Shown here one piece after another: positions 12,434 through 25,151 of a DNA stretch of 63,908 nt; the first letter of the stretch is position 1, and the number at the start of each line of letters is the position of its first letter. Under the pieces are notes generated by a model that ran no database searches, was not told the DNA's origin, and was given only the letters and a program-made list of their open reading frames with translations. Origin of the DNA: Polymyxa betae A26-41 (taxonomy: Eukaryota > Protista > Endomyxa: Phytomyxea); NCBI GenBank assembly GCA_003693705.1, contig RBZT01000993.1:1-63908 (forward strand), written 5' to 3'. Made by a program: the position numbers and the translations under genes.

Positions 12434-13943
12434 TTATACTTCTGCAACATTGTATTGATTTTCGTCTTTGTATTTGGCTTCTTTCAGTGAGCGAGTTCGA
12501 TGCTTGTTCTCAAAATGCAAACGATTATCAACAATGCGTTGAATGACGTCTTTGGTGGTTAATCTTTTAACTGGTATTAGATGACGATAGATACCCTGAC
12601 AAATATCAACATGAGAAAGTACGATAAGTGAAACTCAATACCAAAGCCTTTGGAACAGCGAATCGGTCGGTTCCATCAATTTTGTCAGGCACTATGTCAA
12701 CGTTGCCGCCACTTGCAACAACCGCGACATTTAAAGATTTGATTAAGTGCTCGTTGACAGCCCAAGGAGCACATAAGACAACTTCATCGACGGCTCTACA
12801 AGAGAGTACATTCAGTGCTCGTTCATGTAGGTTCATGATGGGCAAATTCGAGCCATATCTGTAATATGCCTGAGAAAAGCAATATCATATGGATCATACG
12901 CTGACATCTTGTTGACTGTCTGGTCGTCATGCAACCCAACATAGAGGTATGTTCCGAGTTTCTTTGCTTGCTCAAGAGTTTCAAGGTGACCAACATGGAA
13001 CAAATCAAATGACCCTGCTATATACACGACTCTGTCATTTGGAGAGACGGATCTGTTGTTTGAAAATTGGCTTATTCTTTTCGCAGTAGCATGGAATGAA
13101 TTTGACTGTTCTCGTGGGAAACGCACTGAGCGGTCGGCAGAAAGTGATGGTGAAGGCACTACGGAATGCATATGATGATCTCTTGTCATGATCAATAATC
13201 TTCCAACCAAGTCGGTTGTTGACACTCCATCAGTTCGTCTGATGATTCGTAACCTTCCAGCTTTTCTAACCTACATATTATTACATTTTATGTCAACTGC
13301 GCTAAGTCTGATATCGAACCTCTTCGTAAGCATCGCAGCCATCAGCACAAACCGGCATGTCGTCACCATGTACAACAAAATCGCAGTTGAGTCTATCCTG
13401 AAATAATCTAGTTTAAAATTAATCAATCTTTATGTTTTCGAGGATACCAGCAGCTCAATGGTCGGTTGATATGGAGTGTCAAACACCACTTCATCAACCC
13501 ATTTGCAAGCTCTTACGGCAGCCAATCTCTCTTCGTTATTCATTACAGGCATGCCTGAAGATATTCATCATCTTACACTCCTCGGAAGAAAATGATACCT
13601 TTCTGTCTTGCAATCTCTTCATCACTGTGAACTCCAGCAACCAGAATGTCACCGAAAGACTACCCGTAATTTAAAATGAACAACAAATAAACAATGGTTG
13701 AGAGCATTACTTTAGCTTGTCGTAATGCATTATAATGGCCACTATGCATTATATCGAAACAACCGTCAACGTATATACGAATCGGTTTTTTGCTAGCTCT
13801 CGTATTAGCGACGCTGTACAACAGAAGTTCACGCCATACTTTTTAATGGTGGGTGGAAGATGTTGGCTCTGAGCCTGCAAACCCTCGAAAACGATATCAG
13901 TGAATGCTTTCAAGAGATGAGCTGTGATCTCTTGATCAGACAT
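12434..13943 (-). CDS. PCYT2: ethanolamine-phosphate cytidylyltransferase
   Basis: Two cytidylyltransferase domains: IYVDGCFDIMHSGHYNALRQAK and VYIAGSFDLFHVGH; RTDGVSTTDLVGRLL; PIMNLHERALNVLSCRAVDEV. Confidence 0.93.
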
Positions 13944-14365
13944 TCGCGGGTTTTCTACCGGTAAAGTTAGGCACAGCTGGTAATCTGCCCAACGCTATTG
14001 CAACCTGATCGGATCAAATCCCATATGTCTTTAACATTTTGTTGAATCTGAGACTGGATCGGATGCCGACTTCCAGGAGATAAAGCTCGGAAGTCCATTC
14101 GGACTTCGCGTGAATCAGCAAAGATTGTCTGTCTCTAGTTAGGACAAATCTCCAAGCTACCTCAGCAAACAGTAAGATAGGAATGCCCCGAGAGAAGGGA
14201 ATAATCGGAGTAGTCATACGTTACACGTATGATAAACGGAAAGGCGCAACCTGCCACATGAATTGTTTGCTGTATGAGTCATGACGATCATATTAGGTCG
14301 ATATTCTGTGCCGGGTTTGCTTGTGATTGAACCATAATGGTTCAGCGTCGGGCCCGTCTGGCATC

Positions 14366-15790
14366 ATGATTAAAGCGCCGAGATATCCTGACTTGATCGA
14401 CAGGTCGAATACCCCTCTGGTTCAGGCTGCATCTCGATTCTCTGGTGTGCTTAATGTCGCTTATCACAGCCCAACATCATATGCGTATGCAATCCTCATT
14501 AATTAACTACCGCTCTTGTAAAAATTTTGCTTAGGCAGAAGCATTTGAAGCGAAATACTTCTCTCAAAGCAGGCTGTCACGACCCATTACTTGCGGCGGC
14601 GCCACATTCTGGTATGACGCTGATGAGACTGCATAAGGAAACAGTTCGAAGGCAGCGGTTTCTTGAGGAAAAAAAGAGGCAGACTGAGTTGGAGGAAGCA
14701 AGGCAAAGGGAACGGGTACTCGAAGAGCGCCATTTGCGGCGATTGGAGCAAGCCAAACTAATTCGATATCGCAATCATGCAATCAATCAAAATCAGAAAG
14801 TTGAACAACCCAGGTCTCAGCGCGCGTTTAGCGAAAGAGCTTTTCCAGCAAGGGCGATGAGATCCCCAGTTACACAGCAACTATTCGAAGCAATGACAAC
14901 CGAGAAGCAGATTGTTACCGAAACCGAGCAAGAGCACAATAGACCTGATTTCTACAAGCAGAAACAGCAGTGGTCGGCCCATGAAGGCAATGAAATTTAT
15001 TTAAGAAAGAGACAAGTTAAAAGGGAGCCGCCCCTCTTGATTAACAAGCTGGATACGGATTCAATAGAAAAATCCGATCAACTAAACGAGTTAGGGAAGT
15101 TCAAGCCTTTGCAAAATGTCACCCTAGAGCACGAACGATCTGTTGAACATTATACTTCCGAAGGACGTACTATATCCTACAACGAGAATACTACAGTGAT
15201 TTCTGAAACAAAAGCAGGATCACCTACAGATCGAGAGTTTGGAGGCTGCATTCTCCTCAAGGACGATAGTCGAGAAAATAGGTCATCCAATTTCTCTGAA
15301 TCGATCGTCAGCATTGCATTGACTGCTCCATCAAGCATTGAGCCAGTGAAGCGATTTGGCACACTCCAACCGCTTTCTCAAGACAATTTTGATACCTTGA
15401 ATTGCAAACAATGCGACCGGAAATCAACTCAGAGCGAGCCGCCACTTCGTCCAAGAATGTTGAAACTCATTCAGAACCGAGAAGAGGATGATTTAATGCG
15501 AAATCTTGCCAACCTCAACGAGAAGCTGGCAGCTTTGCGCTTGAAAAAATCGATTGATATTGGCCGATTCGGTGACAGCGACGCTATAGGTAAATATTTC
15601 ATATTTCCAGTTCTCCGATCCATGGAGTCTCATAGAGAAACGCGACGCATCTGTCATCGGACCCAGTGCAACCGTCTTACAGGACTCTAATCTTCAATCT
15701 GCGCTGCCAGAAATCAGGCAAAGGCGATGGCTTGTACCAAGGCTGGTGAGAACACCTACAGCATACTCTAGAAGGAATCGAGCAAGATAA
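14366..15790 (+). CDS. hypothetical coiled-coil protein
   Basis: 387-codon central exon with an E/R-rich coil; flanking exons join through GTATGC..TAG and GTAAAT..CATAG introns. Confidence 0.6.
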
Positions 15791-15799
15791 CATAGCATT

Positions 15800-17458
15800 T
15801 TTATCATACAGTAATATAATAAGGTGGCAAGCTTCAGAAAAAACATGTTTCGCGACGTTTCCTCTCCCGAGAGTGAGAATAAATCCCGATCGATAGTTAT
15901 CTCGATGATTGCTGTAGCATCGAAGCTGAAAAGCAGGCTCGTGGGATCGAACAAGCTCTATTAACGATGCGAGAGAGCATCTATTTCCAAACAAATGTGT
16001 AACATTTGGATAAAAATAGGTGGAAGGGCATGTCTGACATTTGTGAGTGCCAGACGAGCAGCCTAATTACTCGTCTGCTGTTCAACAAATAGTTCATTGC
16101 TTATTTTGCATCAAAACAGCAGTGCATCGACCACAGGATCACGTCAAACACTGAATCCACGATGCTAACAATTTGTAGAGGAGAAAGTAACTATCTGAAG
16201 GGAGGTCAGCACGAAGAGAACCAGTTCGTTATTCAACACATTCGTTGTAACGACCACGAGAACCGCAGTCGATGCAATGCGACAAAAAGCGAATTGACTA
16301 CCATTCCTGCGTTAACACCATTCAAATCGTTCTAGCACCGCAATGGAAGAGAACGCCAACATTCATCGAGACGATCCCTAACTTCAAGTGCATAGATATC
16401 GAATCTCGTGATGATAGGTATCGCGAGAATTGATATCTCGAAATGTACCACGACGGTCAACATGAAGGCATCCGAATTGATTAGGAGTGGTGATAAAATC
16501 AGAGAACCCGATTCTAGACCCATTTCGAAATCAATACGGGACAAACGCGAGGTTGGACGTCCTTCAGGCTAATTAGTGATCATGATTAATAGATTGATCT
16601 AGCACTCGCATGAAAGTGAACAACGATAGAAGAGACGTTGAGCACCAAAAAAAAGTGCTTATCTCCACTGATTCAGGAGCGAGGACGAACACAACGCTCC
16701 TGAAAAAGCGAAAACGGAATGACCACGTTGGAGGCGGCGGAAGGTCTCTCACTACGCAGTGCGAAGCGGAATTCACAATTCTGATATATATGGAGGTGAC
16801 CCTAATCACCATGACCCTGCATTCGGAGTTAAACTTTTTCTGAATTTGTTGGAGAAACCGAAACTGAATTCTAAGCTAATGGTTTAAAAAGATCTACCTT
16901 AGACGCGATACATATCAATGCCGAAAAACGTTAGGTTGTTCTTGCAATCTGACTGTAGTTCTTTTATCGCGATCGAAAGGTTTACCTGTAAGATAGCAAC
17001 GACTACATGAACATTTTAGTGCTTGTCGACCATTACCGTACATCCCATTCATTGCTTACTGCCTGCTCTTGCTTACTGCCTGCTCGAATGTTTTTGACCG
17101 AGTGACTTCCTATTTGCCTGAACCGTTGACATAGTTGACCGGAAAAATTCTCAACTTTTCGCTGTGTTGGAAATCAGTACAATCTGATGACGAGCATTAA
17201 TTGTGAAGAGCAATTAAACGATCAATGAATATTTCCACTGTAATTTAGCTTTAACGTTGTCAATATGCCGACGCTTGCGATTTGGCGTTACTGGTTTCAG
17301 CATCGCCATCCAAGAACGTATTACCATGCTCAGTACGATTTCCAGTGCTTAGTTACATCGACATACTGACTTGGAAAAATGCCAGCGCGATCACCCTGGC
17401 TCGTTGATCAAATATCACTTCTACAGAAGCTTAGTATCCGATCTCTGTGGTATGATGT
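15800..17458 (-). pseudogene. probable decayed spliced gene region
   Basis: Intron-like GTAATG..TTACAG and GTAGAT..TGCAG segments, protein-like fragments with stops, and a frameshifting 17-nt tandem duplication at 17052-17085. Confidence 0.35.
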
Positions 17459-18006
17459 TTATCTCCTTCCAACTGGATGTTCTATTCGTGATCGGGTGAA
17501 GTTGCTGAGGTTCGATAAAACTTCTGAGCCATTTGGGTTTAGATTTTTTTCCCCGTGCAACGATGCCCCAAGCTTCGCATTCAAATCTTGCCTGTAATGG
17601 GCCAACCTGGTCTGATTATTGCCTGCTGCATTCAAGGTTGGACATTTCGCAAACAACTGTCGTATGCTAAAGTATATCCATTTCTTCAAATTGGCAGTTA
17701 ATAATTCGTTGCCGATCGCATCCGATATTTCTTCGAAAGTGGCAGCCACCAGGCTGCAGTAGTTCTAAGTTGAGGGTGTTTATTCAGAATCAGTTCAGCA
17801 GAAATGTTCCCAGGCTGCACGTTGTCGAACATGTCTGAGTTTTGTGCACGAGTTTAAGCGGCCACAGAATTGGAGCGAGTTCTGTATCGAGCCCGAACTA
17901 ATTCGGGCCGATTTCGCAAGCAATGCCAAATTCGCATAAATCTTGAGTAACTATGCATGTCTTTATCATTCAGTATCATAAACTTCTTAACTGCAAGGAA
18001 CGACAT
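17459..18006 (-). CDS. hypothetical protein, or intact 5' part of the decayed gene downstream
   Basis: MSFLA|LLKIYANLALL...KLRH|NYCSLVAATFEEISDAIGNELL...GRR* joined by two phase-0 introns. Confidence 0.35.
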
Positions 18007-18360
18007 TCCCTCCCCCCTTTCTATGATAGGGAATGAGATAAGACTATGAGAGGAGGGTGGCCCCCCTCATGTTGTCGTCATTCTCATCGTCTGCAAGTTA
18101 TGGCACGGAGGCAAGATCGGCACTCATGGCGGTTCATCCGGTCTCAGCTGATTACGGGCAGGCTTGTCGCTGTACTTTCAGCATTTACTGCAACATCACT
18201 CTCTGGAACATCAGGGCTATCGTGGATCGTCACAATCCTTTGACGGAACGTTCGCTTGCAGTTTCGGCTTCATTCCTATTCTATGCATCCAACTGCAGGA
18301 ATACGAAGACAATAGTACAGCCAGCTAACTCGACTTGAGTTGTGATCTTCCAGGTCCCTT

Positions 18361-20731
18361 ATGCAATGGGGGCTGCTGTATCTTATTAGTATATTTTATG
18401 TAATTAATTCCATTTGCTATGGCCAACTTGCTCAGCCGGTTATTTTGACGGATCAAAAAGGGCAGACAATGTTCCAGTTCGCATTCGATGGACGTTTGAA
18501 GCGATTTTTTGTGCAACCGAATTTGCGGTGGCGATCGTCTACTTATAGATCAATGGTTTTGGCTGAGGATGGATCTTTAATCGAACAGGATGCAATGGGC
18601 GCCGACAGTCATTGGAGGCTTTCTGATGTGGACGATGGCGGCTCTGGAGTAAACCATGCATCAATTTCTGTGCATGATGGGATGGTCACAGCATTTATTT
18701 CAATGAATGATTCCACGAATATCCATATAACTCCTGGGAATGCAACACACCATATCATTCAACAGTATGATCTGGATTCTGACGAATCTTTGCAAGAACC
18801 CAATGAGCAATTACAAAGTAAAGGTAAATTGTTGGCTTTCAAACAAAATCCTGTGCCGCCTACGCAGTACAACTGCTCTCTGTCAAAGCCAACGAAATAT
18901 GTTGAGGTATGCTTGCACAGCAAGTTAGTTACAGAAAATAAGTCACTGCCAATTTAGGTCCTCATTGTCAATGATTTCACGAGATACGAAATGCTAACCA
19001 ACTGGACCTTAGCACACACTATGTCTGTTGTAAACATTGCAGGTTCATTTGAAATTTTTATTATTACCTCCCTCATCTTTCTGATTCATGAGATTTAGAT
19101 GGGTATTATGCGGCCGCGTCCTTTGATGACTGCATTCGCATTGTTCTTATCGGTTCGAACGCTGCCTGCTGAGTTTGTTATCGTGAAGTAACTGATTGAT
19201 CCAGGCCAGTTGACTTTTCAGTCGGGGATTCCCAGCCCCATCAATTATCGCCCATGCAATACATCCTCATCGTCAGGTGATAAGGGATGCTGGGCATGTT
19301 CGGACGGCAAAGATTGCCAGAAAACCAGCATAAGGAATGACCAATACGATTCAGCCTTGTTGCTGCGATCATTTCGGCAATGGCGCATCGAAAATGCAGA
19401 TTTATTGATGGAGAAAGTATATGGTGATTTTTATCTCTTGTTGCAGCACTGACTTGTTTACGTAGTTTGGATCGTTCGATGCAGTTCATCTGTTCTCAGG
19501 GAGAGATTTTGACGGTCAAGTTCGTGGTCTGGCATATCTTGATACTATTTGCAAACAAGCAATTAGCGCAGTGGCCGTTATCGAATCAACGACTCGGGTA
19601 CCGTCATACCATGCTCAAATTTTTGCCCATGGTACCTATGTAGAGAGCCTATCAGCAGATTAAATTGATTTCATCTTTTAGAATTAGGACATAATATGGG
19701 TCTCGTTCACGATGCAAGCCGTGGCTTTATTATGTCTCCAGCATCGTCAGCCTTGACGTATTCAACGCTATTTTCACGTGATTCTGTCTCTCTCATGGAT
19801 TCCATGAACTTGTCCAGATGCCTGTCTTCTGTTCGCCAGATGCCTGTCGAACAAATATGCGGCGATGGGATTGTCGATCCAATGGAAGAATGCGACCCTG
19901 GTCTCGATGAGGACGATTGCTGCATTAATTGCAAAATCGATCGGCCTCGGTGTAATTGTGCTAACACTGAGCCGTGCTGTGAGAATGGCCAATACAAGGT
20001 GGCTGGGGTTGTGTGTCGTCCCAGTAAAGTATGTACACCTTTTGTTTAAAGGCCAATTTTAATGGGAAGTGCTACAGGACAATGAATGCGATCATGCAGA
20101 GACTTGTGCAGGAAATTCATCTCAATGCCCTGGTGACAAATTTGAATTGCCATCCACGCCCTGTCTAGATTACACCGGGACGGCATCGAATTGTTTCTTG
20201 GGCCACTGTGTTCCATCTCGCGACACTCAATGTTCGTCCGCTAACGACCCGGAGATGTTCGCAAACCGATTAAATGGTTTAACACAGTTAAAATCTCAAG
20301 TTAGGTCATGTCCAACAACAAGGCTGTGTTCTCGCTTGCATTGCTCCGCTTCTGCAGATAATGACTGTGAGCAAGTATGGACAAGTTCGGCGGCGGATGG
20401 TTCGCCTTGCGGGCCGAACGGGCCGAAAGACGCCTCGCATGTTTGCATATCCGGTTATTGCGTTGATGCTGCCGAAGCTAATGAAAAGACGTTCTGGTGT
20501 GTCAATGGTTCTAATTCCTGCGTTCCTGACGATTTATCTGTACTGGAAAAAAGTTATTGGCCAACCATAATGATGGCTTTGATTGTAATTGCCGCGGTTG
20601 CTGCTTTCGCAGCAGTTTGTTGTTGCTGTCACAAAATGATGCCGCCGTTACGGGTTATCCGGCCCCGTTCTGGGCGCTTGCCATTAGCTTCACACCGGTT
20701 GCAGCGGCAACAAACTGCTGCTGGTGGTTAA
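18361..20731 (+). CDS. ADAM-type metalloprotease-disintegrin (M12B reprolysin), type I membrane protein
   Basis: Signal peptide; KYVE|VLIVND; HLFSGRDFDGQVRGLAYLDTIC; zinc motif HELGHNMGLVHD split by an intron; Met-turn FIMSP; disintegrin CGDGIVDPMEECDPG..ECDHAETCAGNSSQCPGD; C-terminal TM helix. Confidence 0.92.
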
Positions 20732-20768
20732 TGCACATTGTCTTATCATGCAATTTCTTATAGTCGAA

Positions 20769-21470
20769 ATGGCTGAGTTTGCAGCTAGCAACATATCTTT
20801 TAATGAACCATATAGGACCTCGGTTACAAGGCGATTCTGGGAGCACGATCTGCCTACCATCATCAAACATCGCCTTCCTGAGCGGGTCCTTTATCGATAG
20901 CTATTATCCGCTATTGGACCAAGAGAAAGAGATGGCTGCCAAATACAATGTAGCATTTCTTCATTCTTGATCGCCCTACCAAGTGTGTGGTTTCTAAGTA
21001 ATAATACTGACTTTTGTCAATCATTTCTGTACCAAAATCAGAATATCGATTCGTAACGGCTTCACACTGATAGAAAGCATTCCTCGCCAAAGCTTCTGTC
21101 AGATTTTGTCATTTATTAATCTGAGAATTCGCTCAAGCAGCAGCTGGGTGTCGGCTGAGCTGCGGGGACAATTTTTAAGTGAGCGATAAGGAAATACTCT
21201 GATCATCATCTTAGTGACTGGAAGACGACCAACTTGTAGTATCGCATCGACAGAGGTCTCAATGATCTGCATTCGCGCTGCCGTTGCGGTCTACAAACTG
21301 GAAATAGACCTAATGAGAAATCGACAACTTGCCAGAAGGGAATCAATACTATTATTCTATTATGGTCAACAGTAAAAGGCGTTGGTCACTGAAGACTCAG
21401 GCAAAAACTAATTTGATGAAGGATAGTCATTTCTGAAGGTAGACAGCTAACTTCTAGAAGAATTTGGTAA
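20769..21470 (+). pseudogene. possible decayed or recoded gene immediately downstream of the ADAM gene
   Basis: ATG at 20769, a GTAATA..AATCAG intron, and a protein-like frame with several in-frame stops. Confidence 0.3.
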
Positions 21471-21472
21471 AT

Positions 21473-22665
21473 TTACTTCCCAAAATATAAATTTAGGAAA
21501 AATGATGTGAGATTTATCCTGAAGAATATCATCAGAATATAGGTAGGAGCCAATACATACAATGGATAAAAAAACCATTGCGTATTCTTGAGAAAAGGAA
21601 GTGCTAAGGACAGGTTAAGGTAATTGCTTAAAACGATCATCTTCCAGTTACCATTGTAGCCTAAAAATGACACATAATGGTAATAGGCAAATGCAACGAA
21701 ATAAAGCGTGTTGGCACAGAATGACGCAATCATTGAGCTCGATAATAACCAGGGACTAAGATAGAACTGGACAACGTATAAGAGCAGATATACTGGGAAG
21801 AACGCATTGCAATGGATATCAAATGCATAAAGCCACTCGACTGAAAAACAGGTGTAATTAGATGACAAATTTAAACGCAACTCACATACCTGTTTGCTCT
21901 ACAGTAAGAACGCGCTGTACTCTCATGAAACTATTGGACAAGTACCACCCAACTGTAGCGATAACCATTCCAATCCCAAGAAAGTCGAACAGAATAGCAG
22001 ATAGTACAAGTCGTACAAAGTGCCAGGCAGAAACGAATCTGGGGTAGACATCTCAAAATAGAACTTATAAAACAAATTTTTCATTACCCAAATGCAATGG
22101 AGAACGATATAGCAGAAACACTCATAAAAATTAGAACAACAAGGACAAATGCAGGATCGTCCCTTGCCCACTGGTTCTTAATCTCTGTAATTATTAAGTT
22201 TCACTGCTTATAGAACACATTGACAAATGAATTTTACGCTTCCGAAGTTTTGTACTTTTGTATCTGTAACAAATATTTAGAGACAAATTGAGAAGCTCGA
22301 AAGTCGATACTTACACAGCATTAGGAGAGCGACACAAGCTCACCATTTGACTGCAGGCGTATTGGAAGTCCATTTGATCATAACTCAGAATTCTCTTCCG
22401 GTAAATAAGAATCGAAAAAACATCTGGAGCCGTCTAATACCTGGATATATTCTGGCAGAAAAGTCATAATTGACTGTGGCCTGGTAATAGAGAACCGTCT
22501 CGATCCATCTGAAGGATGTTAATGCAAGGAAGCCGTATCAGAAGATATACCAGCAGACTAACCTGGAGACAATAGCGATGGCCGTCTTGATTTCGATTCC
22601 GTCCCAATAAATAGCTTTCCTTGTTCTAAAGCATCCAGCGCTGGGATGTTCCCTGATGAAGCCAT
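21473..22665 (-). CDS. UNC50: UNC-50/GMH1 family Golgi membrane protein
   Basis: QMDFQYA, KNQWARDDPAF, VEWLYAFDIHCNAFFP, LPFLKNT. Confidence 0.92.
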
Positions 22666-22912
22666 ACTAAAATGACGATCAGAATAATGAATGAGACTAA
22701 ACCCGCACTTACATCTTGGACGTTTTGTTACCGTTGTTGGTGATTTATTAGTAATGTCTGAATTAGCTGTAATTTTAAACAATGCCAATGCAATGGGTGA
22801 TACATACAGATAGAATTATGGGCAGATGGGATATCATACGTCCCAACTACCACGCGAAGGCGTTAGATTGCGCTCTCTTTCATTCTATTCCAACGGTTGT
22901 AGCTCTCATATC

Positions 22913-24879
22913 ATGTCTTTATTACCAAGATTATTGCTGAGATCTTATGCAAGGGCGCTCTCAAGGGTCTCGGTAAATTCAAAGGCATGACAAGTTCGAA
23001 TGCATTCAAATGTGCTTACACGACGGCAGGCACGTCTACAGTCGCAGCTTGAACTGTCAGAAGATTTCGTTAGGCGAGATCGACTGAATGATGCTCGACA
23101 GGCCCTAGTTTCATCTGTTGCGTCACCAACGATTTCTTCGTCTGAAGCTGCCAAAGTTCTGAAAAACTTGCTCGCTTTAGATCTTAATAATTCGGCTCAA
23201 GCCTTCGATATTGACCACATTCATTCAATCCATAACAAATTTCGACCATACATCTCCAAAGCAGATATGTTTGATGAGAATGTTATCAAATTTTATGCAC
23301 AGCTTGCGAAATGTTATTTTAGTGTTGGTGATGCCGAATCTGCTCGGGAAGTACTTTCTATGATGACCGCAACAAATCGATCCTTACCCAGCTTGACGAT
23401 GCAGCTCTGGAGGCAGCTAGAAATTGGTCTGGATTCGCCATTAACATAATCGCAATGCTGACATCAATTATTAGAACATTGCGAATGTGTAGGACTGATA
23501 CAAGCCGGTTGTCTCACTGAAGCGAGTTCCAAGCTAGAAGCGTTGCTATCTTCAGCCACAAAACTTCTAAAAATGTGCACAAAAGGCTCCTCAGAATACG
23601 ATTTAGTGCTTGAGTCGTATTGTGACCTTGTCAAGAAAGCTGCAACTTTGAATCTTGTCTCTAAGAAATACCACCGGGTTTCTGAAATTGTGAGGCAAGC
23701 TTTGAAACTTATTGTCGCAGCTAAGGGTGAAAATAATATCGACGTAATTACCATGAAATCGCATCTAGCTATTTCTTTGGCAAATCAAAACAAGAGTTCT
23801 GAATTGGTAATTTGAACAAAATTCTTAATCAGTCGAGTGAGGATTGAGCTTTAGATTGATGTATGCGAAAGTTTCCTCTCGACGGAGCCGTATCTTAGTA
23901 TCCAGACTTCATCGATATTCTCAAGTCTCTCCGAAATGTTGTTGAGTTACGCCCAGGCTTACCTTCAATTGAGTCTGAAGTTATCACAAGCTGCGATGGA
24001 TATCCTGCAAGCGTAATTCTATTTTGCACCATTGCACACTGTCTAATAATTCTCCAGCCTTTCAGTCGACTCAGAATCAGCTGCTTTCCAATATGGAAGT
24101 CACGGTGTCATCTTAAACGCTTCAGGAAAATTTTCAGAAGCCAAAGCTTTTTTTGAAAAGGCCATTGCTTTATTACCCAAAGCTCATTACCGCCTTCATC
24201 TGATATATCACAACTTGGGGACAGCTTGCATTGGCCTAGGAGAACTTGAAAACGCAACCAAATTTCTTGAGGCTGCGATTGAGGGATACAAACAAAGAGG
24301 TAATAGCATATCAAACTAGGTATCCTATCTGATAGTGCAAAGGCAACAAAGAATTTATGGCGGCGTGTTTTGGACACCTTGGTGAAGCTTATGAGAAGCT
24401 GGGACGATGTGAAGATGCAGAAGTAGCTATATGTTCGGGTGTTGCATTAAAGAGGGAGGTAATGCCTGAAAGCACACAGCTCGTTGTGGATCTACAGAAT
24501 TTGGCAGCAATGAAACAGCGGAAAGGATCAAAACAAGAGGCTGTCGGTCTGTACCGTGAAGCGCTGACTATTGTTATTCAGCATTTTGGAGAATCACATC
24601 TTCAAACAGCTTGCGCTCGAAGATTACTGGCAAACGCTTTGATAGGTAGGATCGTTTAGATCGGCACAAAAGCTTGCCAATATGAACTTAGGTGTACGAA
24701 AAATTAATGAAGCTATTGAAGAATGTGAGAAATCGCTGCCAGTTTTAGAGAGGGACGGTAGTTTTGCTCAATATGAGCATCTTGTCCGTCAGTATTGCCA
24801 GCTGTTGGCGATTTGTGGACGTCATGAAGAAGCGAAGCATCTGTTCGAGAAGCTCAAAACTCGACTTCAAGGAGTTTGA
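22913..24879 (+). CDS. TPR-repeat protein (kinesin light chain/nephrocystin-3-like) with putative mitochondrial presequence
   Basis: MSLLPRLLLRSYARALSRVS leader; TPR motifs GHLGEAYEKLGRCEDA and LQNLAAMKQRKGSKQEAVGLYREAL..FGESH. Confidence 0.7.
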
Positions 24880-25151
24880 TAGAACAAGCAATTCACTAAA
24901 GGATCTGACATGTTTACTTGAACGATGGAAGGATCCGGGTATAGGGGGTCAGCAAGCACTGACAGGGGAACCACAACAAAGCGGAGTTTCTGAAAGTCCG
25001 TGGATCTAACATTTCATCACTACCCCCCAACTTGGTATCGTTGCATCAGCATCACCTATCGTTTAGTCGTCAATATTCACCTACAAGAAGACGAATATTC
25101 AGCCCGGCCAATTCTAACTTCATTCGCTTAATCACTCCACTTCTATTCATC

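Noticed and set aside
14014-14367. Minus-strand frame with two internal TAA stops
   Set aside because: No motif or clear splice support, and it overlaps the start of the plus-strand gene.
22988-22990. In-frame TGA between the presequence and the TPR ORF
   Set aside because: It is removed by a 57-nt GTAAAT..GGCAG intron (22973-23029).
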